A DNA stretch of 64,000 bases. Source: an uncultured virus (IMG/VR IMGVR_UViG_3300037067_001926). Lineage: Duplodnaviria > Heunggongvirae > Uroviricota > Caudoviricetes. Under the pieces are notes generated by a model that was given only the letters and a program-made list of their open reading frames with translations, had not been told where the DNA came from and searched no databases. Position numbers and translations under genes: made by a program. Positions 57,589 through 64,000 of this stretch are shown here, in pieces (the first letter of the stretch is position 1; each line of letters opens with the position of its first letter). The DNA is taken from the IMG/VR virus record IMGVR_UViG_3300037067_001926; one strand, 5' to 3'.

Positions 57589-59232
57589 CAGTAGTTCTCC
57601 TCTTCTGTGGACTCATCGGCAATTGCCTTGCCTAGCGTGATTCCTTCTTCCCATCGCGCTTGGCAGTACTTCTCCCTGCTGGCATCCCGTGTTTCCCCAT
57701 CTCTGCCGAAGACCTTGGTAAGCACCCCGTACGCGATGTACTGGATGAAACTGTCTGGGACAAAGTCGATTGTGTCTTCCAGCGTGTACGTGTCAACGGC
57801 CGGCTTCATAGTGGCCAGCAAGGTCACGTTCAGCGCTGAGCTCACCATGTCGGAGACCGTCCCAAGTAGCCTCCCTGGAACCTCCAGAAACATCGCGCTC
57901 GTGTACGAGGAGATCGTCCCATAGAGAGCCGCAGCGGGAACTAGGTCGAACGTCACCGGGGTTGACGCACTTGAGATCGTCCCGTACAGTGGAGCCGTCA
58001 TGGTGACTGAATACCCGCTTCGCGTGGGGATCCCCTGGAGCTGCACTGTCTTCACAGGCAGCCGGTCCTCATGCCACCGTTCCGGCCGGCTGCTGGTCTC
58101 CGTTCTCCACTGGCGCTGGAGGTTGTCGAGGGATAGACCTGACTCCCGACGTATCAGCCGGTCATCGTAGGAGGCTTCCTGAATGTCCATAGCGTAGTCT
58201 GGATAGCCAACCGAGGATGTCCCCGAAGTGACTTCCATATTGATTAAGCTGCGGATCATGCCGGTGCGTTGCAGGAAGTCCCCAACCACTTCCCAAACGT
58301 CAAGCAGGAACTGGGCTTCGGTGTAAATTCCCGTCTCCAGCCCGTATGGTTCAAGGAGAACGGAACATACGCGATCGTATACGGCCTGTACGGTACCCAC
58401 CCTCAGGCCCCCTCCGTCCGCCGGGCGGACGCCATGCTCTCAAGCTCGTTCAAGATCGCGTGCATCCGATCACAGACCGAATGTATGGCGCTCTGGCCGT
58501 GCTCGATGGCGTCCAGGGCCAAGGCGATTTCCAGTCGGTTCGTATTGAACCGGATTTCGTCAAGCCGTTGCTCATACTTGGTGTCGATCATGCTCTCTTC
58601 ACCGCTTCCGCTTCAACGAAATACCGCGGGTGCTTAATCCCCCGCCAGCGTTCCCAGGTCTTAACCTGAGACAGGAAGCTGCTGTACTTCGTGCTCGCCT
58701 GATAGAAGACCGAACCGCCTTCCTTGATTTGCAGTGCCAACACCGCCAGATCCTCAACGGCGTCGATCATCTCGTCGGGGATGTCGATTATGTCCGAGTC
58801 GTTGACCAGCAGGGTAGGTTCCAGAACACCCACCACTCGCAGGGTTCTGCCGCCCTTGTTGTCTGCCGGATGGATGGCGATTGTACGTGACCCAATGGGG
58901 GCCCAGACCGCAGTAGGCCCAACATTGCTGGAGGTCTCCTTCAGCCACAGGTTCCGGCGCGAAGCGAGATTGTGGAAGGAAGTCCTGCGAAGCTGCCTGC
59001 CGTCTAGGTCGACGGCCAAAGGGCTGATAACGCTTCCCGGCAGGGAGTAGAAGTAGCGGCCGACGTCTGTAGTGATAGACACCGGACCCTGAACGATCCC
59101 GGTGTACAGATTCAGGACTTGGAGGCTGTCGTTTATCGCACGGGTAACGTCGACCGCTGGGTAGAAGGCAGTGTTGTCATCCAGTTGGGCCCAGACACGG
59201 GACTTCATCGAACCTAGCGTTACCGACGGCAT
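57588..59232 (-). CDS. Two head-tail adaptor-like proteins (57588-58400, 58588-59232) flanking a 62-aa coiled-coil gene (58403-58591)
   Basis: Both start with a helical RV...L motif and end with D.IDxP...helix, as in podovirus adaptor proteins. Confidence 0.55.
58416..58430. repeat. Dispersed palindrome copy 13
   Basis: GTCCGCCGGGCGGAC. Confidence 0.95.
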
Positions 59233-59238
59233 TCATCG

Positions 59239-59460
59239 TCACCTCTTCGGCGCTCTTGACTTGGTGCGGCCCTTCGCTCCGCGCTTAGCGAAGCGTTTGA
59301 ACGTCTCCGCCAGGAGCGCTCTCTTGGCCTGCTTCCCGCCAGCCGCTTTACCTGCGGCGATCTTCTTCGCACTAGCCTTGCCAAAGGACCCTGCGGTACC
59401 CTTGCGAGCTATCTGTTCCTTGACCCGCTGCATCCAGAACTTCGGTCGCTTGCCTGCCAT
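59239..59460 (-). CDS. Small highly basic protein ending KSRAPKR
   Basis: Lys/Ala-rich; W.Q......KG..G...K..KRALLAETFK resembles small basic phage head proteins. Confidence 0.65.
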   Translation of the reverse strand: MAGKRPKFWMQRVKEQIARKGTAGSFGKASAKKIAAGKAAGGKQAKRALLAETFKRFAKRGAKGRTKSRAPKR

Positions 59461-59463
59461 ACT

Positions 59464-59730
59464 TCACCTCTTGGGCTCGATCGCGTCCCCTTGTTCCAGA
59501 GTCGAGAGCGCGGCGCATGGTCCGAAGTTGTGCTCGAATCTTTGGATCGTCTTCCAGTCGCGCATCTCGTCCCCATCGACCCCCATCACAGTGTAGGGAT
59601 CGTTGCTCAAGTCCTGCCGCCTTCGGCGCTCGTCCTCGCGGGCTCTGGCCTCGCTGTACGCCTGCTGTGCAGAGACTACATCCAAGTCCTGCCGGTTGTT
59701 GCTTGACCGATAATCGTCTACGCCTGCCAT
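59464..59730 (-). CDS. Hypothetical protein
   Basis: 88-aa ORF with a GGAGG RBS. Confidence 0.55.
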   Translation of the reverse strand: MAGVDDYRSSNNRQDLDVVSAQQAYSEARAREDERRRRQDLSNDPYTVMGVDGDEMRDWKTIQRFEHNFGPCAALSTLEQGDAIEPKR

Positions 59731-59742
59731 AGGCTATCCTCC

Positions 59743-60912
59743 CTAATACCCTGCACCGAAGTCCCAACTGACAATCTCGGGCGTGTGACCTTGCCAGTAG
59801 TCCGCGCCCATCGGCATGAACACCTTCGAGTAGCGGTACTGATATGCTTTCTGGAAGCGGCCTTCGTCTTCGTTCTTCGCGTTCTCCAGCCCTTGTAGGA
59901 AGCGCTTCTCGTATACCTCCGCAAGCGTCGGGTTGAAGAACGGATCCTTCTCGTCCTTCTTGAACCGCAAGGCGTCAGCTATTGCCCCGTGTACGAAGAT
60001 CGAAGGGTTGATGAACCACGGTGGCCGATCGTTCTCATTGACCAGATCCGGCCACTGTTTGTAGAACAGGCAGGTGAACTGCCGTCGGCTACTCGGAGCC
60101 GGCCATAGCTCGTGCTGGTAGTTGCCTTGTTCGTTCGGGCCTAGGTCCACAAGCTGAATCAGCGAGCCGGCATTGGTGAACGTCCGCCGCGCATCGCGGT
60201 GATTGACTTCGGTCACAGGGACGTGGAGCCGTACAGGCCATCCAGTCTGTTCATCCTTCATGGCCAGGATGTCTTTGAACTTGGAGCTGATCGTCAGGTA
60301 CATCTTGACGATTCGGTAGCTCTGGGTAGATTCCGAGTCTGCCCACCAGAAGTCCGTGAGTTCCAGCTCCGTAGCCGACACCACGTTGCGGACAGTGAAC
60401 ACTGGATCAGTGACAGAAATGCGGAATTGCAGGCCCGCCAGGGAAGACTGCGTAATCGTCGCTCCAGCATCGTGCGTGTTCGCAAACTTGGCGATAAAGC
60501 TGTCTCGCTTAAGCTCAACCACGGAGACTACTTCCTCGTCCGCATCGCCGGCATCCACGAACAGAACCGAGTCCTCTGTAATCCCAGTCATCGCAAGAGG
60601 GGTGACTTCGACGTAGCCAATGTCGTCGATCGCCGCGGGGATCGTAGTGCCCACAACATCATTCACCGGCCACGCTGTACCGACCCCGGTGACTGTGCGG
60701 CTGCCTTCTACGACTGACACCGTGCCGGTCTCGTAGGCGTCTGGGACGTAAAGTACTTTCGACGTAATCAGATCAGTCCAGTATGTGCGGGAGCCGAGCG
60801 CTTGGCGAATGCGATCGTTGAGCCAGTCCCTAATGTCAAGGGAACTGAGGCCGGGGCGTGCGTTAGCCACTCGCCCAGTCATACTGCCCAAACTGTCCGA
60901 ATACATCGACAT
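59743..60912 (-). CDS. Adaptor-like structural protein with an inserted beta domain
   Basis: N-terminal helical pair, TGTVSV..GSRTVTGVGTAW insert, ELWPAP...PDLVNENDRP C-terminal adaptor pattern. Confidence 0.55.
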   Translation of the reverse strand: MSMYSDSLGSMTGRVANARPGLSSLDIRDWLNDRIRQALGSRTYWTDLITSKVLYVPDAYETGTVSVVEGSRTVTGVGTAWPVNDVVGTTIPAAIDDIGYVEVTPLAMTGITEDSVLFVDAGDADEEVVSVVELKRDSFIAKFANTHDAGATITQSSLAGLQFRISVTDPVFTVRNVVSATELELTDFWWADSESTQSYRIVKMYLTISSKFKDILAMKDEQTGWPVRLHVPVTEVNHRDARRTFTNAGSLIQLVDLGPNEQGNYQHELWPAPSSRRQFTCLFYKQWPDLVNENDRPPWFINPSIFVHGAIADALRFKKDEKDPFFNPTLAEVYEKRFLQGLENAKNEDEGRFQKAYQYRYSKVFMPMGADYWQGHTPEIVSWDFGAGY

Positions 60913-60923
60913 GCCAATCCCCT

Positions 60924-60976
60924 AAACACAAAGCGGCCTGGCAGGGTGCCCGTCGCCATTCCACCCTACCAGGCCG
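60924..60976 (-). terminator. Probable rho-independent terminator after the capsid/decoration genes
   Basis: 15-bp stem CGGCCTGGTAGGGTG / CACCCTGCCAGGCCG followed by CTTTGTGTTT on the minus strand. Confidence 0.65.
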
Positions 60977-61047
60977 TCCCCCCGCAGGAAGTCAGACTGC
61001 CCTCGAACCTAACCCCATAGGGGAGGGACCTAGGGGCCCCTCCAGCC

Positions 61048-61311
61048 CTATGGAGCGTAACCTGTGTAGCCCGTCTGGCCTGGGTAAGCCGTGTACCCAG
61101 TGTAGCCAGTGAGCCCGCCGTAGCCCGTGTATCCAGTCGGGCCGGTCTCTCCGCGATAGCCCGTATACCCCGAGTACCCAGACGTCCCGGTGTATCCAGT
61201 GACGCCGGAGTATCCAGTGTAGCCAGTGAATGCACCGTACCCGGTATACCCACTAGGCCCGGTCACCCCGACTGTTGCGCCTTCCATCGAGTCGGTGTAG
61301 GTGTAAGCCAT
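61048..61311 (-). CDS. Small GYT collagen-like protein
   Basis: MAYTYTD... then about 23 G-X-[TS] triplets; GGAGG RBS. Confidence 0.75.
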   Translation of the reverse strand: MAYTYTDSMEGATVGVTGPSGYTGYGAFTGYTGYSGVTGYTGTSGYSGYTGYRGETGPTGYTGYGGLTGYTGYTAYPGQTGYTGYAP

Positions 61312-61345
61312 GGATCAATCCTCCGTTCCCGTGGACCAATCCACG

Positions 61346-61591
61346 CTATGCTCCTGTGTAACCGGTGTAACCGGTTACACCAGTGTATCCAGTGTACCCA
61401 GTCGCGCCTTGCGGGCCAGTGTACCCAGAGTACCCGGTGTATCCAGTAGCAGCGGTATAGCCAGTATACCCGGTCGTGCCTGTGTAGCCGGAGTAGCCAG
61501 TATAGCCGCTATACCCGGTAGGCCCTTGAGGGCCGGTATATCCAGTCGGACCTTGCCATCCGACATTCAGGTTGCCGTAGGTGAATGCCAT
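61346..61591 (-). CDS. Small GYT collagen-like protein
   Basis: MAFTYGN... then about 22 G-X-Y triplets. Confidence 0.75.
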   Translation of the reverse strand: MAFTYGNLNVGWQGPTGYTGPQGPTGYSGYTGYSGYTGTTGYTGYTAATGYTGYSGYTGPQGATGYTGYTGVTGYTGYTGA

Positions 61592-61602
61592 CGTTTGCCC
61601 CC

Positions 61603-62276
61603 TTAAGCCTGGATCAGGCCGAATCCCTTGAACACGGCTGTTCCGCCAGCCCCAGCCGTGGTGCAGACCCAGCCGTAGTAGGTAGCCCCACCGGCCGCTG
61701 GGACAGAGTTAATGACCTCGTCGCCTACGGCGAAGGTGTACTCGTCTTCCGAGGCACCGGGGGCTGCGGTGCCGAAGTAGCGCTTACAAGTGTTGCCGCG
61801 GATCGGTTCCTCATAGGGTAGAAGTGCCATCGCTTAGCTCTCCTCTACGAGATGTCCTCAGCCGCAATGCTCATTGTCAGAACGTCGATGTCGACTTGGC
61901 CGGCCGTCAGGGCAGCGCAAGTCGTATCGACCGTGAAGACCGCCTGCACGTCTTGGCCAGCCGAAGTGCCGTTCTTGAAGCACTGGGTCATCTGGCCGGT
62001 GGTGTCAGCCACAGCCTGGAAGATGTCGAAGGCAGCAGAGAATCCAGTTGCGCCCTCAACCGAGCCGCCTACCGATACGGTACAGGTGCCTACGCCGCCG
62101 CCGGTGAACGCCACCGTGGTCTTAACGCGAACGCCCATGACGGCATCCTTGCCGCCAAGCGAGAACAGCGTGATAGTCTGCGACGTATCCGCATCGGTCA
62201 GGTCAGTGTGGTCGATCGTGAAACGCCGAAGCTGGAAACCAGCGCCAAACGCAATCGGGAATATTGTTTTCTGCAT
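61603..62276 (-). CDS. Two putative capsid decoration proteins (61603-61830, 61845-62276)
   Basis: Small beta-rich proteins immediately downstream of the major capsid gene. Confidence 0.55.
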
Positions 62277-62292
62277 GTCAGTTCTCCCCCTG

Positions 62293-63261
62293 CTAGAAGC
62301 TCGCACTCGTGAGCTTGAACATGGTACGGGGGTTAGGCACCACGATGTTGCACCCCACCAACCATTGCCCGGCCACGTCGATGCCGCCCTGGGATTCCTT
62401 GAACCCCGTGAAGCCCCACTGCCACTTCGGGTTCTGGCTGAAGTACCACTCGATGTAGTTGGTGTTCAGGCCGAACATCCTGCCGTTCGTCCCGGTAGGC
62501 ATGTACCTGTCGATCACGACCTCAGCAGCGTTGAACCGGAAGGTCTGGAAACCGACCTTGGCCAGATCGCTCTGCGGATCCTGATAGCGCTGGAGGTGCT
62601 GGGTAGCGTTCCAGATCAGGTTCCAGCCATTGACCGTCGCGGGGATCAGGTCCACATGCTCGTTCCCGTAATACGCGTGTGTATACGCTGTATTAAGGGA
62701 TTGGAGCGTGAAGCTGGTAACCGCGTTGGTGTAGGAGTTCAGCCCGCCTACCGTACCGACAGCCATGATGTCGCTGCGCGTGATTCCGCCGATCGTAGCG
62801 TACGTGTTGCCGTCGTCGATCCACTGCTCGAACCCGGTCAGCTCCTTGGCCCGAGCGCCAGTGTCCTGCAAGTACATAGCGGTAGCCAGCTTCTTGGCCA
62901 TCGTCATGCCAGCCGCCTGGAAGCCGAGTTCCACTTGGCTGAAGAATGAGAAAGGCCCCTCGTTAATCATGCTGTCCCAGCCGTACAGACTGAGGTTGAC
63001 GAGATACCCTTTCATGTTTACGCGGAGTGCCGTTGCGATGGGGACGTAGTCCAGCACCGCGCCCTCTCCGCGGCCGATCGCCCCACCGTTTAACTCACCG
63101 TGGATGATCGGACGCCGAATTGCTAGACCACCCAGGAACTTGTCCTGGTTCCTGGTATGCAGCCGCACAAAGACCGGCGAGTTCAGATAGACGACTTCAG
63201 TCGCCTTCTTGACGAACATGTCGGTGCTATACGCGGTTAAATCTTCGTATGGAAGTGCCAT
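62293..63261 (-). CDS. Major capsid protein (HK97 fold)
   Basis: 322 aa after the scaffold; GGLAIRRPI, ELTGFEQWID...YATIGGITR, QRY, FNAAEVVIDRYMP..MFGLNT, NIVVPNPR. Confidence 0.8.
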   Translation of the reverse strand: MALPYEDLTAYSTDMFVKKATEVVYLNSPVFVRLHTRNQDKFLGGLAIRRPIIHGELNGGAIGRGEGAVLDYVPIATALRVNMKGYLVNLSLYGWDSMINEGPFSFFSQVELGFQAAGMTMAKKLATAMYLQDTGARAKELTGFEQWIDDGNTYATIGGITRSDIMAVGTVGGLNSYTNAVTSFTLQSLNTAYTHAYYGNEHVDLIPATVNGWNLIWNATQHLQRYQDPQSDLAKVGFQTFRFNAAEVVIDRYMPTGTNGRMFGLNTNYIEWYFSQNPKWQWGFTGFKESQGGIDVAGQWLVGCNIVVPNPRTMFKLTSASF

Positions 63262-63282
63262 CGCCTATCCTCCGTCGCTTAA

Positions 63283-64000
63283 CTACTGAACCTTAGCTGC
63301 GTGATCCGCCCTGAATTTGTCGAACACCGCCTGCGCAGTCTTCATATCCCCCAGCTTCGCAGTCTTGACCGCTTCGGGTAGATCCGTCGGCGTCGAGCCT
63401 TCGGGCATCCGGCCGTTGTCGAGCTGCCCCAGATACGGAGCCGGCCCGCCCAAGAGACTTGGGTTTCCGCTTGCCGACATCGCCAACTCCTGCCTGACCT
63501 TCTCTTCTCCACGCTTCTCAGCCGCCGCCAGCTCTTCCTGGTGCTTGGCCTCAGCCGCTGCCCTATCAGCAGCCGCCTTCTCGGCCCGCCGGGGGGCCAT
63601 CATCTCGTTCCATGCCTTCTCGGGGTCGTAAATGCCGTGTTCGCTCCCGTACTTCAAGACAGCACCGAGATCCAACTTCTCGCCGAACTCCTCCTTGTGC
63701 AGCAGGGGGAGAGGTGCGCCCTTCACGAACGCATTCTCGAACCCGGCTGCCAACGTGTTCAGGCTCTTGTTGTGATCCTCAACTGAGATGAACCCCTTGG
63801 TCCGCTCTGCGAGGGCGGCATCAATGTCTTGCTTCGTGGCGACGAAGCCTTCCTTCTGCAACTGTTCCTTGATCTGATCGAACGTCATCTCCGTGGCTCC
63901 TGCGGCTTCCATCTGTGCTACACGTTCCCTAAGGGCGACCGTCTCCTTGGTGGTTCCAGCGCTGTCGTCGAAATGCTCCTTGCGCCAGTCTTCCCACCCG
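63283..64000 (-). CDS. Putative scaffolding protein (5' end outside the window)
   Basis: Charged helical protein directly upstream of the capsid gene; the frame stays open to position 64000. Confidence 0.6.
   Translation of the reverse strand, partial: GWEDWRKEHFDDSAGTTKETVALRERVAQMEAAGATEMTFDQIKEQLQKEGFVATKQDIDAALAERTKGFISVEDHNKSLNTLAAGFENAFVKGAPLPLLHKEEFGEKLDLGAVLKYGSEHGIYDPEKAWNEMMAPRRAEKAAADRAAAEAKHQEELAAAEKRGEEKVRQELAMSASGNPSLLGGPAPYLGQLDNGRMPEGSTPTDLPEAVKTAKLGDMKTAQAVFDKFRADHAAKVQ

Noticed and set aside
1..64000. tRNA genes, stop-codon reassignment, integrase, terminase, portal, lysis cassette
   Set aside because: None recognised. Genes tile densely under the standard code, and the missing functions probably lie outside the window.

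Overview
A 64-kb stretch of a GC-rich tailed bacteriophage genome with podovirus-like morphogenesis genes. The host is plausibly an Acidobacterium (inference). There are two convergent arms that meet at ~35.6 kb. The + strand arm (1-35.6 kb) carries many small early hypothetical genes, a DUF3560-adenine methyltransferase fusion, a MoxR AAA / DUF3150-like / metallopeptidase-VWA module, KTSC, a lambda-like divergent promoter switch with one leaderless minus-strand regulator, a beta sliding clamp, a Bet-like annealase, a PD-(D/E)XK nuclease, a Tad2-like protein, DUF5131, an SF2 helicase, an HTH replication initiator with four palindromic iterons, an intein-containing DnaB, HNH and RusA. The - strand arm (35.6-64 kb) carries scaffold, major capsid, decoration and Gly-Tyr-Thr collagen-like proteins, adaptors, a tail nozzle, a collagen-shaft fibre ending in a DUF2961/GH172-like domain, fibre adaptors, a GNAT-fold protein and four ejected/internal virion proteins. 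One of these has LPD38 plus a lysozyme-like domain and another has an Acb1-like 2H phosphoesterase. The most striking unexplained signal is a 15-bp interrupted palindrome, GTCCGCC[C/G]GGCGGAC, found 13 times (12 exact) every ~2-10 kb along the window, mostly embedded in genes in different reading frames. I recognised no terminase, portal, integrase, tRNA, CRISPR array or reverse transcriptase in this window. All family calls come from motif recognition by eye, not database searches.
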